DNA of 57,676 nt, counting the filler, from Sphacelaria rigidula (taxonomy: Eukaryota), in NCBI GenBank assembly GCA_964200075.2. It is 5 parts of 5 records of this genome, joined end to end, with 100 filler letters (N's around TTAATTAATTAA, not from the genome) between each part and the next. Parts side by side here need not be neighbours in the genome. Positions count along the whole stretch, not along the records: positions 1 to 11,458 come from CAXNAA020004900.1; positions 11,559 to 23,015 come from CAXNAA020004901.1; 3 more parts are not named here. One strand, written 5' to 3'. Every line of letters starts with the position of its first letter. Position 1 is the first letter of the stretch. The notes under the pieces are model-generated. The model searched no databases. It was not told the DNA's origin and worked only from the letters and a program-made list of their open reading frames with translations. Shown here in pieces: positions 1 to 13,437 of this stretch. A program made the position numbers and the translations under genes.

Positions 1-164
1 CGCACTAGGCGCGCAGTATCCAACATGTCACGCAAACGAGGCCCCCAGCGCGCCAAGGCGTCTGGTAGTAGTGTGCCAACCAACAAGCAGTTCGCGAAGG
101 CCTCTGAGCCGACGAAGACAAGTCAAAGGTGATGTTCCGGCTGAGGTTGGTCAAGTCAAAGGAG

Positions 165-830
165 ATGGTCCATCATGGTAACTGCTTGTCGACGGAATGA
201 CGCTTATTCTTCGCTCAATTTTGGTCGTCTCTTCAATGAAATTTTGACACGATGTACAGGATGTATGTGCGAATACCCCTTCGTTCCTCCCCTGTTTTTT
301 TTCTCTCCGTGAGTTATTGTCGGCGGAACATTTCAGAACAGTTTTTACGGAACAAAATTGCCAATAACTCACGGAGAGAAAAAAAAAAAAACAGGGGATG
401 AAAGGTTGGGTCTTCGCACATACGTCCTGCACATCGTGTCAAAATTGCATCCAAAAACACTTGAAATTGCCCTACATATTTGCGTTTGAATTATTCGTGG
501 TTGGTCCATCTCCACATAGTAACTGCTTGTCGACGGAATGGCGCATTTTCCTCGCTCAATTTTGGATCGTTTTCAATGAAGTTTTGACACGATGTACAGG
601 ACGTGTGTGCGAACAGCTGACCTTCCATTCCCTGTTTTTGTTTTCCTTCCTCGTTCGTGAGTTATTGGCGAAGTAACAATTCAGAACAGTTTTTTTCGAG
701 ACAAGATTGCCAATAACTCACATGAAGAAAAAAAACAAAAAACAGGGGATGGAAGGTCAGCTGTTCGCACATACGTCCTGTACATCGTGTCAAAATTTCA
801 TCGAAAAAGATCCAAAATTGAGCGAATAAA
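165..830. mobile_element. Two tandem copies of a palindromic (fold-back) MITE-like repeat
   Basis: Long inverted arms around ATTTTGACACGATGTACAGG...GTGAGTTATTG / CAATAACTCAC...CCTGTACATCGTGTCAAAAT at ~236-450 and ~553-824. The same family recurs at 20960-21535. Confidence 0.75.
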
Positions 831-2825
831 TTGCGTTTCATCATTCCTGGTGACTACTTGGGCGGACCAGCCTGTATTGGGCAGAATTTACCGATCCTGC
901 TTAACATCACACAATATTTGGGTGGAGTTTGGAAATCAGACTATCCCAACACAAACTTCGGGAGAATAAGTACCTGGGTATTTACCCGACTCAGAAAGCT
1001 CTTGAAATCAACATATTGGACCGAAAAAATCAAAATAGCGACGGGAATGGGGCAAGAGAGTGAGTGGCCACTTCGACAACTTCAGAGATCAAAGCACTTC
1101 AGAGTAACAGTCCTTTTCGTATGTCCTCCGCACATGTAAGATCAGTTGGCACGATCGGACAACCAACATTATTGGAATAAATTACCAACAAGTCATATTC
1201 CACTGCTTGGATGAAGAAAAAAAAAAGTATGTTGTTGTGTCACTTGATTAATTCCTACTGCCAACAGCAAACACACAACGGAAGTAGGAAGAAGAGAAAA
1301 AAACAAAAAAAGCGTGTCGTGTTGTGAGGCGTTATGATGGATAATTACTGAATGTTGTGTGCATGATAAGTTCCCACCGCGAACATCTCGCTGGCTAGCG
1401 AATCAAAAGAGAAGCCTTATACGCAAACAAACAAAAAGCGTACAGTTGCGTGCAAAACAGACCTGAGACAGCATGCCCAACAACTGCTGGTATCAAACGG
1501 GCCCCTCACAAGTGGGCGGTCTAACTATTCATTTTGTGGCATTTGGTGATTTTTTCGTAATTGGCGATTTTCTTGAGCTCTATTTGCTTGCCACCGCTTA
1601 TTACTTTGGGGATCTGAAGATATTCGTATCCGCTCCACATTCCAAGAAAAAAAATATGCACTCACTATTGAGTGACTTACGGGCTGACCGGTCATCGGGG
1701 GTCCTGCCACGTTCCAGCTCAGATTCTTACTCTTCGGTATTTCCGTTCGATCAAGCCTGTCCCGATCATATTTGTGGAGAAATGTACAGTTTCATTTTTT
1801 TTTAATTCCACCTACTCATTGCACTAGAGTCGAAAAACTGTGTTTCACGGTGAATAACACCCTGCTGATAAACGGGGAATTTACACGTATCGTCCGATAA
1901 CACCAACTAATACTGACTTGGGCACTGTGTTTTGAGGATGATCTGTTAATTGTACCAAGATCTACCGACGCTGGCGATCTCGAGTTCTCTATCGAATAGT
2001 AGTACTGAGGAAAACCCCAAAACACCCTTAATAGTTAGACTGCCCACTACTATACAAAAGCTACGGGGACACGTGCGTCCGTGAAACACAAGATCTAACC
2101 ACCACCAAGAGAGTGAGGTGAGCTCGTATATACAGGAATCCGCCGCGCGACAGTACCACGCCCAAACATGAGTATGCTCTGTGTGTTTGACCAACCAGCT
2201 CTCTCATACCTTATATATACTATATGGACACCGTCGCGCAGGACATGGTACCACACGCAACAGACACGATACAACCGGTGAACGCAAGGTTGGGGGAAGT
2301 GGACGACCGCGGACACAACGAATAACAAAACACCAGATTTACACCGACAGGTCAGCTTGTAACGCAGCAGCAGAGGAAAAACGCACTCCTCGCGCACCTT
2401 CTCCTATCTTGTACTCACGTCAGCATTTCCTAATATCGTATATCATCATATTTTTGGAACTCCGCCGTTTCAGAGCTGCTCTAAGGGGAAAACAAAGCAA
2501 ATCCAAGACCCCTCACCTCTCCCAACACCGTCGGAGGGTGTCGTACATGTAGCGACTGCAAACACGCACGGATATACATACATTCCGTTCCACCCAGTTT
2601 CGTGTCCATGCCGCGTTCATGTAGTCATTTTCCCGCAAACAACGGCATCATACAGGCAATAAATAAGCGGCAGTCCGTCCATCGGCGCGGCATGTAGTTT
2701 GGGTCGAGAAGTTACCGGCCGAACGCAGAGAAGGGCGGGTAGGCAGAGGGAGCGAGGGAGAGCGCGCGCGGGGTGAGGGTTGGGGGTTGGGGGTTGGGGG
2801 GGGGGAGGCAACGATATTAAAACTG

Positions 2826-3040
2826 TGTAATGTGTGAGAGGACCGCGTGCTTAATGGACCGCATGCATCGTAGTTCCAAACACCTCAGGATCGACGTTGT
2901 GTAAAACCAATCGTACCAGTACCTCCAGGAACCACACCCCTGACCCTAACCTCAACACCAACCCCAACCCTAACCCTTACGGCAGGGGTGTTTGAAGTCC
3001 AATGCGGTCCCCTGAGCACGTGGCCCTCTCACGCATTACA
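2826..3040. mobile_element. TIR MITE with internal degenerate CCCTAA hexamers (copy 1)
   Basis: TIRs TGTAATGTGTGAGAGGACCGCGTGCT / AGCACGTGGCCCTCTCACGCATTACA; internal CCCTGACCCTAACCTCAACACCAACCCCAACCCTAA. Confidence 0.8.
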
Positions 3041-4339
3041 ACGGGCTACACCGATAACTTCGCAAGATATTTGGTCATTGGCCAGCCAGAGCTGGTAGCA
3101 TCTGAGGTTGACTCCGCCCGGTGGGACACAAACATGACACCAACTTCGAAACACGACCGGCCGTACAACGCAAATAGTGCAATAGTATATATAGAGAATA
3201 TTTGGAACTCACGAGCGTGAAGCATATTTTGTAACGAGGCGTCCACGAGATTTTTCGCTGATTTTAGTGTCCAAGTTCCTCCGCATCCGCCCCGAGAGAT
3301 GACTGTTCGGGCCAATGCCAATGCTAGGGGTCCGGTTGGCGGATTCGTACTTTATTTTGTGCGGGGGGGTACACATGCGTTCGCGACCGTTCGAACGGAC
3401 GCGCGATCGCGGTGGTCCTACAATGTTTCCGGCGGGTATGAACATTTCGAGAGAGGATCTATTCTCACGAGGGCTTGGCAAGGAAAGAATACCGAGGCCC
3501 TCGAAAAAGACGGGCGGGACCGGGGCGCAGCCTCGGGTCCCGTGCGGCTTGTATATTTATCAAATGTATTATATACATGTACTAATACCGCAGGTAGAGA
3601 GTACTTCGGGAAACGGCTTCGTCAGTGCGAGGAAGATCGAAGCATAGCTCTACATGGTAGACATCGCACTCGAGTCATACATAGTCACTCATGCGCGCCC
3701 TTCCCTCTCTTCCAATCGTGAGGTGACATCGAAGTTTTGCATCATACCGTGGCGATATTGCAGCACCGCCACGTTGCGCAATTTCTTCTTGCCCACGGGC
3801 ATATTGCTCTCTGAATCTCAGCAGTCAAAGGAATGCGTAGCGGTCAAGATGGCGACTCGGGGAGGGAGGGGGGTTGAGGTAAGTCTCCCTGGGTTTGGCA
3901 ACGAACAACGTGTATCACAAGAGTTTCGAGCACTCGTTAGCCCTTTGGCCGCTACGGTAGGGCATCTTGGCACTGCACACACAATCTGAAAAAAAAGTGA
4001 AAATAATGATGCCGACTCAAAAGATGAACCGCTCGGGCGGTCAAAAGGTTGACATATTTGTTCTCTAGGGTGGGTCATTTGTTACCTGGGGCATTATTCG
4101 TGCTTGTAAACATGTATATAGGAATACCCACCCACCCTGGTGGTCGAAAAATAAAAATTTCCCGAACGCTTTAACCGTGTGTATTGCCAACAACCAGGGG
4201 CGAGCCCACATGGAGAAACGAAGGTAACACACCCTCGACAACATAGGACTTTGAGTATCTTGCGTATGAACTTGAATAAGCATATATAAAGGGGGGGGAT
4301 TTCACAATAGAGGGTTGTCATTGGGGAGGAATTTAATTT

Positions 4340-4720
4340 TTTGAACAAGGGGAAGTCAATTATTTAATATAGTATTTAATTAATCAAATATTGTTTGAGG
4401 ATGGATGGTTGGGTGGTTGAGGATGGATGGTTGATTTTATTTTTTGAGGATGATTGACTTAGTTTTTTGCACAAGGGAAAGGCAATATATCAGATATATA
4501 TATATCTTTATTATAATTAATTAATTAATCAATCAAAGGTTGATTGAGGATGGATGGATGGTTGGTTGGTTGGTTTTATTTATTGAACAGGGGAAAGACA
4601 ATTAATAAATTTAATTAATTAATTAATTAATTAATTAATTGGATGGATGGATGGATGGATGGATGGATGGATGGTTGGTTCATTTGATTTATTTTTTTGA
4701 GCAAGGGAAAGACAACATGG
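4340..4720. repeat. Degenerate AT-rich tandem repeat (~115-125 bp unit) with (TTAA)n and (GGAT)n microsatellites
   Basis: Unit head G(A/C)(A/G)CA(A/G)GG(G/A)AA-like at ~4343, 4469, 4585 and 4699; (TTAA)n at ~4611-4640; (GGAT)n at ~4641-4673. Confidence 0.75.
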
Positions 4721-5114
4721 TTGATAGGTGCAAAAGAAAAAATGTACTGCGTAGAGTATAGGCTCATCGCAACTAGTGACCATACCTTGTCCAGGGTTTG
4801 CAAGATTATGTGCATACAACGGTAAAAAAAGGCAGGCCAATCAAGTCCGTACCGTACAGCTCAAACCCTCCCAACAGTGCGGCGCAGACAAGGCGCAGAG
4901 ATGCGCACAAGGTCAAGGTCGCGGATGACTGAAACCTGTACAGTATGTTGAACATTTTGACATGTGGGAGTTGGATAATGATAGTGCCGGGGCTGGAGCG
5001 ATGCTACGATACGGGTGGGGGGGGATGGGGGTGATTCCGCGAAAAACAGGGACTCACATGGGTGTCAGACGACTCACAGGTGGACATTTTGCTCTCGTCG
5101 TAGGATACATGAAG

Positions 5115-5490
5115 GCGGCACACTGTAGAGGGTGTGTACCAAGGTCGCCATAGGGGGTTTTCGACCTCTAGGGGGTCACCACAGCGCGTTACCTTCGGAA
5201 GGTGTTACGAGGCAAACTGTTCAACTCTGCTGAATCGGCATCAATTTCACTTGAAAAAATTATGTGCGATCCGGATGGACTTTCCTCGCGGTCCGTGGAT
5301 TAACCGCCTAGCTTTGGACAAAATTAAGGCGGCACCTTGTAGAGGGTGTGTATCGAGGGGGGTTTTGGATCTTTAGAGGGTCGCCAGAGGGTCTCTCTCT
5401 CACCTTCGGAACAGTGAACGCACTCGCGGTGCGCTTTACCCTTAGACCGTGAGATTAGTCTTCTGTTGAATCGGCACCAGTTTCAAGTGT
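5115..5490. repeat. Direct duplication (~213 bp period) carrying the piggyBac-MITE core motif
   Basis: GGCGGCAC..TGTAGAGGGTGTGTA at ~5115 and ~5328; GAATCGGCA.CA.TTTCA at ~5232 and ~5468. Confidence 0.6.
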
Positions 5491-5749
5491 ATTTGGCCGA
5501 AAACGGTATCAAGGAGCATGCATGAGCGCTATTTTCCGGTAACAAGCGCGTTCGAACAAACGTTGCTGCTTTCAGCGACGATTCGAGGTTAGATTTTGTG
5601 GGAGAAACGGCCCAGACCCATTCCCCCCCTCCCCTCCGTCCCACCTCTTATCGTAGCATCACTCGTTGGCACAACCGGAGTGACGGTCCGGGTTGACAGA
5701 CCGGGGTCACCAGTAAGCGGGTCGGTTCATGTAGACGTCGTTTCAAATA

Positions 5750-6363
5750 CTTCAAGGTTGCGTTCTGTGGGGTACGGTTTAGTGTATACTCGGGGATATT
5801 TTCCCGGGTATTAACCGTACCCGACTCTTGTGCGGCTTTTGCAAGACCTTCATGTGGCAGCGGTTTAACCTCGGTAAGACTTCCATACCCTTACCCGATA
5901 GTTCTGTAGGTTCTGTTAGTCTCCCGTGCCGTTACCGGTGACGGCACGGCGCTCTTCTTGATGAGATACCCGGTTGCGGGTACGGTTTTCTGTGCAACCC
6001 TCGACCCCTACTGTTGTGAGTTCTGTAAGCCTTCCATACTCTTGCCCGACAGTTCTGTGAGTTCTGTACAAAATGTTTATCCGTACCCGGAGCGCGGGCA
6101 CGCCTTTGAAGAAATACCCGATTGCCGGTACGGGTTTCTGCAAGCCTCGCAAACCCTACCCGATAAAGTCTGTAATTCCTCCAAGACTTTCAAACCGGTA
6201 CCCGACCGTCTTGTAATTTCTGCAAAACTTTCAAACTGGTACCCGACAGTTTTGTAATTTCTGCAAGACTTCAATACCGGTACCCGATATTTCTGTAAGT
6301 TCTATAAGGAATATCATGCCCTGCAGAACTTGTAACTCTACAGAAAACGACCACACCTTGAAG
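5750..6363. mobile_element. Tc1/mariner-like MITE (TA target-site duplication) with internal degenerate tandem repeats
   Basis: TA|CTTCAAGGT...TTCTGT and ACAGAA...ACCTTGAAG|TA; the interior is built from recurring TACCCG and TTCTGT(A/G)AGTTCT motifs. Confidence 0.65.
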
Positions 6364-7077
6364 TACTTCGCATTCGTGTATATGGGCAAAATACGACGAG
6401 CGACCAAAATGGAAGTAGTAACGGATGACCTCTGCAGGAAAGCTTTTCTCAAAAAGGCCTTGCGCAAAGAAGTACATGCACCCATGCATAACAGGAAATG
6501 CACAATGCCTATACATGGGGAGATATTTTTGTGATGAAATGTAAAAATTAACCAATCAGAGGCCCTTCAGTGAGGAATTGGCGGAATCTAGCGCCAATGA
6601 AATGCGACCTTCGTAGTGAATTACGTAGTGAAAAATGCTTGTGATTAGCTCGCAGACTCGAGTCACACCTGTAGTGTACGCCGGGACGGATAGAACAGGA
6701 GCAGCAAAACCAAGCTGCAAGCAGACAAGCAGACAGCAAGTGGTACATTGCCGCCACAGTGGGTCATCGCGATGCTCGTGTATCGGTATATCCCCATCTT
6801 ACCATGACTGGTCGTGTATTCTCCTGACCGCGAGCGCTGGCGCCGATGCCAGCGGCAGCAGCCACCATGCTGACGGATGAAAGCGCTACCGTGGCGATGC
6901 AGCATATCCGCACTGTGCTGTGCGTTGCTCCTTTAATCGGAGCGCGGAGGCTGGCCCAGCCGGTCGAGCGGTGTATACTGGTGCTGGGTGTGTGTCTTTA
7001 TCCAGCCATGTTCGGTATCGCGCAAATGATGAGTCCGAGTAACATGATTTTTTTGACGGACAGTTAAGTGTGTATAC

Positions 7078-7338
7078 CAGGGTTAAAAAAACTCCGCAGG
7101 CTTCGGCTGCGCTTCGACGGTATCAGCCTCGCGGTGAAAAAAAACACCCCCTATTTTATTTCGCCTCCTACGAAAAAAAGAGGGCCGCAGATTTTTTTCT
7201 TGCCTCCGGCGGAAAATATGCGACCCAATTTTTTTTCTGCGGCAAGCCGCAGGGAGAAACTCCCAACAGCTGTGCATTGCCCTCTTTTAAAAAAAAAACT
7301 GCGCCAGCGCAGGCCCGCGTGGAGTTTTTCTAACCTTG
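7078..7338. mobile_element. hAT-like MITE
   Basis: TIRs CAGGGTTAAAAAAACTCC / GGAGTTTTTCTAACCTTG; flanks GTGTATAC and GTGGTATAC look like an 8-bp TSD with one indel. Confidence 0.7.
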
Positions 7339-8556
7339 GTGGTATACCGCACTGCGTCCCGCCTGATAGTATATTTTACAGAGAGACGAACGTAACCATA
7401 AACCACACAGCACCTCGAGCAATCTCAGCGGAGACCAAACCGTCTTCGCAAGGCCTATCTAAGCGCACCACAGAACAGTGATAGCTACAGCACATATGAG
7501 ACCGTACCGGACGTGAGTGTATTTGTGCTGCAGTACAGTGAAACAGGACATGTAAGTCTCATGTTTCACTTCTTCGGTTGAAATTAAACGGGTCCTCACT
7601 GTTTTCCGGGTGCCGATCTTGAATGCTCGGCCATAATCGCGCTTCGCGCAAATAGTTCAATTCACTACAAAATCATCCCCATGTGTGGGTCCTGTGCCAC
7701 AGAAAACAACCAGGCCGTGGGAGCATATTGCGGCTCAGCTATTCGGCCGTGCAGTTTAGGTATGATCCTCCACCCGCGAGCTCTATAGAACAAGGTACTG
7801 ACCTGCTACGTACTTGTTGTATAAGACTAGGACTGCCGACCGAAATCGAGAGAGAGCAAGGTAACGCTCAATCTAATACATATATAGACAATGGTCAAGC
7901 GGTCGAGACGAACCACGAAAAAGAAGAGCCAGACAATAATGAAACCTTTCGCACATCGCCATGTAATGATGATTCGAAACACAGGCATTACGTTAAAGCA
8001 TGCGGACAATCAATCGCCTGCTCGGAACGGAGAATTTCGGCAAGGAAAAAGGAAAAAAAAATGCCGAGGGAACATGGTTCAATGACGTACTATAATACAG
8101 AGGGGAGTGAATGCGAGCTGGGCCTGCCTAGGAGAGAAGTCAAAGTTTGCAGGCCCGTTTGCCGGCCAATATATAGAGTCAAACCCTAAACTTTGGTATG
8201 GACAGTGAATAGGGTATGATGAGAAAAAATTACCCATGCAAACACATATTTTTTTGTCATTATTCAAGGTCATTTTATTATTGGAAAAAAGCAAACTTTT
8301 GTGTGCACATTTTTTTTTATATGATCTATTCGTTGTCAATATCAATTTTTAGGGCCCAACTCTGAATATTGACCCGCGGTGGGTCGTTTAGTAACCGGGT
8401 CGGTAGAATTTCACAACTGTATTTTTCAGGCCACTTACCGGCCCACGATTGGTGTTAGTGTATTGAAATTTCGTGTGGGATTTCGCCAGGGCATAGCGAA
8501 CCAGAAAAAGTGGATCAGCTTGATTGTTGCATATTTTTTCACTGGTTTTAACGCGT

Positions 8557-8662
8557 TTAACCCTCAGACGCGAGATTAGTCTTTCTGGACCATGCATACC
8601 TTTTTTTCACTTGAAATTGATGCCGATTCAACAGAAGACTAATCTCGCGGTCTAAGGGTTAA
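8557..8662. mobile_element. piggyBac-type mini-MITE (TTAA TSD)
   Basis: TTAA|CCCTCAGACGCGAGATTAGTCTT ... AAGACTAATCTCGCGGTCTAAGGG|TTAA; carries the reverse complement of the family core GAATCGGCATCAATTTCA. Confidence 0.8.
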
Positions 8663-10461
8663 GTACGGTAACGACCAATTTTTTAGAAGAACGCCCTAAC
8701 TTCTCCCTCCTCCCCAAAACATGATCGTCTGTTTTCTTTTCCAGCATGCCTCTGTGGTTCTCCATGCTGAGTTTCTAATCAAAATTCTAAAAATTGAGCT
8801 GAAAACTGAAGGTAACGGCTAAAAGCAATGTTCACGTCTCCTCAAAACTCCCCTCAAAACACGGAAAAAAACGAAAAAAACCTCGATAAAAATGAAAAAG
8901 CTGTTCCGAATCTGTTTTATTATGCACTAGCGGTTCCCCACACGAGATTTCATAGCACAACTCTCAACAGCTCAGACGCGATATTCAGATTTAGTTCGTC
9001 TAGTGCCTCTGCTCGCAATATTTCGACTTGAGTATAGATTGTGCGCCATATCTCGATATAGATCACGAATTAGGTGAAGGTGAGGGTATCCATCGTCTCC
9101 CCATGCTCCAGGAAATGTCCACACCGAAAATCGTCGTCATCCGCTGAATGTATCGTTTGGGGTTTCATTTAGATTTTCGTATGGACGCTATCTCCGTACG
9201 GTATGGGAATTACTAGACATGGGGGTCAATCAACGACAAAATATTGGCCCACAGTGTTTGAGCAGATGGGCATCTTTCCCATGATCAGACGATTAATACG
9301 ATATGTGGGTTACGGCTCAACTCGTCTGTGTCGATGATATACAGCTGGCGACTTCACTTGAGAAATCATCAGTCAAAAAATCGAGGCTCAGATTTTTCAG
9401 GTTCAAGAAATTGATATGGTATTGCTGTAACAAATCTTGTTCGATTCAAGGCGAAAATAAAGACATGAAATTGAGAGATGCAAGAGGCTCGGCGAAAAAG
9501 AAATCTATCATCACCATTTCAGCCTCGAAGAATGAGAAACTGCGGTCCAAGACCCATCAGCCCCGCGATACCGCGTTTGAGGACAGTGCAGTAGTCTCGC
9601 CGCAGATTTCGGCAGAACGGCCCGTGCGGACAGCCGCCTCAGGGAACATTTCTCCGCAAACCAACCGTACATTGTACTCGAAGTGAAAGTACAAACATCT
9701 GCGCTGCTGTATCTGGAGGGAGTAAGTAATCTTTCACTCGGTCCATCACGCGCGCGAGCTTCTTGCATCAGTGTGAGATGCCGGGCATGCATAATCTCTG
9801 CGGTGCGGGTAGTCGGTGGGACGAAGTGTTCGCCCGTAGAAACTAAAAGTACTACTTGTAATGGGTATCATGCTCGTACTCGTATTTGATAGTAGAGTTT
9901 CAGAAAAGCTAATTATTTACACAACTACACACTACGACACTCTACACTCTACTTTCCATTATACTGTTGTCCTATTGCACTATACACAACTTCAATTACG
10001 TGTTTGAATCATACACGTGAAATCTAAAAATGATATTTCAAATAAAGAATGACTGGGCGACAACAGTAGTTATATAACGAGTCAGCACGCCAGTACTGCA
10101 CGGAGAGAACCCAGCCAGTGGCGGACGATTGCGTCTCTTCGGAGTCGGTTGTTTCTACAGACCGCGAGGCGATACGGGACGGGCCATGTGAAGTCAGAGA
10201 GAGTCCACTGATGGAACTATACCAGGTGAACCGACTCTTTTCTGACGTGCTACTACTGTTGTTGTACTGTTCGTACTAACGTACTGTTGTCTGTACGACC
10301 CGAGCAGTTGCGGCCTCTACCGAACGTGCATCAACGATGCAGATCCATGGAGCATGCACGACGACCAAATTACCCGAATACACAACTTGGCACCCAAATG
10401 ATCCAACACATGAACAACACCACCACACCGCCTCTCGTTCACAGCACTAGCCACTCCTGAC

Positions 10462-10676
10462 CTTTTTTGGCGCTCGCCAATGCCCACTAGATCCTCCTCG
10501 GTCAAGGTCCTGGAAGCCCCCAGTTTGAGAAATGGCCCTGCCCAGGAGAAGGTCAAGAACGATAGATACCCAAAAGGAAATCCACGTTCCAAGGCCTCTG
10601 CCATGGGACACCGCGGCTCTTTCCCCATCCCCTCCTCCTCCTCCTCCCACTCCTCATCTCCCTGCTCCTGCTGCAT
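10462..10676 (-). CDS. ABCC/MRP-type ABC transporter, first coding exon only
   Basis: ATG at 10676 reads MQQEQGDEEWEEEEEGMGKEPRCPMAEALERGFPFGYLSFLTFSWAGPFLKLGASRTLTEEDLVGIGERQK. LSFLTFSW-x-PFLKLG-x-RTLTEEDL is the ABCC L0/lasso motif. Donor AG|GTCAGG after 10462 (phase 2). No later ABCC exon was recognised in this contig. Confidence 0.8.
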
Positions 10677-11458
10677 GGTGAGACCAGCAAAAGCTGCAGC
10701 ATCCTTCTGCTGCCGCTGAGTCGGTTCTCTTGTTTCCATTTGCACAGGATATACAATATGTGCCGGGCATGCACTCTCTGAATGAGAGCAACAACCGTTA
10801 CGAGTACGATCTGCGCTGTTTCTCAGCTTACTGTTGTCTTGTTCCGACTGTACTGTCTGTTTAAGAAGTGTGACTGTCTGTTTCTGCTGGACTGACTGTA
10901 CTGGAAATGCAGCACGAAACGTACAATCTTGTACTACTCTACTGCTGTTGTCCTGTATAACAGGCAGTCTACCAGTGATACAAAACTGTGCGCAGGGCAC
11001 AGCAGCTGAAGCGCACCACCGCTGTTATGTGCCAAGACCGGAAAGTCCGAGATGTGCTAGTGAAAAGCACCGTGGAGTACTTCCGCTGAGGCCCGAGCTC
11101 GAAATGTCGAGCTGGGTGTATTAGTCAGACTGATCGTCTGATCCCGGACTGCACGGGACTGTCAAACTAATCATTGTGTGTTTCGTGAGATCGTTCGGGG
11201 ATCGCAGTGAGCCAAAAAACGCTCAAAGATACGACCCGGGGATTCGGGGACGGCCATTATTCCGAAGATCTGGGCACCGGTTCTGGTGGTGTCGAGGACC
11301 GAGACATACGTGGTACGAGCGGGAGGGTTAGCCTAAAAACGGGCATACCCCGGGCGCACAATAACTTTCTCGTTTCCGGGATCAGCCCGACGCAGGAAGT
11401 ATATCACTGTGAACTGCAGACCAACGTGCTGATACAACCCCGACCGAGGCGAGCAGAA

Positions 11459-11558
11459 NNNNNNNNNNNNNNNNNNNNNNNNNNNNNNNNNNNNNNNNNN
11501 NNTTAATTAATTAANNNNNNNNNNNNNNNNNNNNNNNNNNNNNNNNNNNNNNNNNNNN
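11459..11558. other. Artificial contig linker (N44-TTAATTAATTAA-N44)
   Basis: 100-bp spacer with a six-frame stop palindrome; identical at all four gaps. Confidence 0.97.
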
Positions 11559-13437
11559 CCCACACCCCACCCCCTGGGCACATAATCGCCGGCGAGCTGA
11601 TTCTGCTGGCAACTGTGACACGAAATCGTTGGGACTTGTACGTCTTGTTACGATGCTTCAAAGATTGAGAATCGAACCATTGGGTGGCTTCCAAGGGCTG
11701 TATGTGGTCGTCAAAATTCGGACATCTGTTTTATCCAGGTATATTCGTTTCCTGATATATTTAGGGTGGTACAAGATCATGGAACAAGGCGCGTTCCGAC
11801 ATTGCCATTGATTGGCGGAGGAAACAATTTCACCCTGCGCCTCTTACATCCATTTCATATGACTCAAATGAAGCACAAAGGGGGCTGAGATAAATTCCCG
11901 TGTGCTCATGGCTACCATAAGATTTTTCCGACAGGCGACGTTTCCCTTTCAGAAATCTCCCAATAGGAATGTCAATAATGCCCCCTCCCCTTTCCTCATC
12001 CCCCTCTCGCTGGTGACTCCTATCTCCGCCCCGCTGGTATGTAAGCCGTGCGAAAATTACCTTCGGCGGCATTCCTATCGTGATACACCTTAGTGCTTGA
12101 GGTTATTCGGCCGCTCTTACTCACATCCCTTCGATGCGACGACTTTTGAGTCAACAGCAGAAAGAGATATATACCAATACGTGCTCTCCACGTGGGTCCC
12201 ACTACATGCATCGCACAATGTAGTTTGAGCTGGCTGAAACCTGAGACATGACAGCAGGGTATTTAATCCATGCACATACGCGAGTCGCCCTCGGGATCGC
12301 GATGATACGTAGAACGGAGCAAAGTAGCATGGGAGCTTACTCACTTTTTTACGGTGGGGGGAGAGCCGGACGTACAACCAAGCATTCATTCGCAAACGGA
12401 ACATCGATTGATCACTTTCGCTGGTTCGATGTTACAAACACCATGGTTACAATTAGAAACACTAGAACAGTATAGTCTTCACGCCGGACTCGCGCAGAAC
12501 GTTAACCAAGAAAGTTTTTACTCGTGACCGAATCATACAGAGGCCCAACGGAAAAAACACCAGCTACATATGATGGAGTAATACTCGTCCCACCCGGGAT
12601 GAACGCTCGAAAAGTCGAACCCCCACAAACCTGCGACCGTCACACACTCGGCAGAACCTGAAAAAGCTCGACGAGGGCTTCCGATAAACCGGGCCTCCCG
12701 GGAGTCGAGGGTCGTCTCGCGCCCCATTCCAGTCAAGCTTAAAAAAATACACAGCCCCCCCCCCCCGCCCGCATGTGTCTAGCCTACTCCGGCGAGGACC
12801 CGGCGTGCCCCGTCCCGGCTTTGTAGGGGCGGACCCCCTATGGGGTTGATGTCGGTTGGCAATGACGCTGTAAAACACGCCACATACTGCGTACGCTAGG
12901 CAACCAGGTTACCGACTTGGTTTCGCGCGCCTGCATCTTTTGCGGTAACCATGATGGTGGCCGAGCTGGATCATGTCGTGCGGTGTGGGAGAACCTCGAT
13001 TCCACGAAAAGGGGATGGTGTTACCACGTAGTGTTTAGACTCTGAGACACCCATGAGGCAGTGTGGAAGTCGTGATTGTCTCAGGAAGTAGCGATGCCAG
13101 AAAATGAGGCAACTCATTGGAGGCTGTCACCCAAATGCAAGATAATCAATACGCTTCGGACCGAACAATCTTAGCAGCATGCAGCTCACCCTTCATGCGA
13201 CTCGCCGAGCACATGACGACCCTTCGCGCGTGGTGATAGATTGCGAGCCTGGTCCGGCGAGGACCCGGCGTGCTCCGTCCCAGCTCTGTAAGGATGCAAA
13301 ATCAATGGTCATATGACTATGGCATGCAAGATCATGACTACACCCCCCCCCCCGCGCGCGCGCGCGTGCGTCATATCGCCCATCATTTCGCGTTGTACAT
13401 GTATGCGTGCACACATCCGTGGTCAACACGTATGACA

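Noticed and set aside
3748..3810. MPVGKKKLRNVAVLQYRH resembles the SBDS/Sdo1 N-terminus (PVGQKRLTNVAVVR)
   Set aside because: Only a short match; no following KRFEIACY-type exon was found, so it is likely chance.
4611..4640. TTAATTAATTAA run identical to the linker core
   Set aside because: Not flanked by Ns and part of a natural AT-rich tandem repeat.
12789..13292. ~40-bp direct repeat CCGGCGAGGACCCGGCGTGC.CCGTCCC at ~12789 and ~13254, as possible LTR/TRIM ends
   Set aside because: Too short, with no TG...CA ends, primer-binding site or TSD visible.
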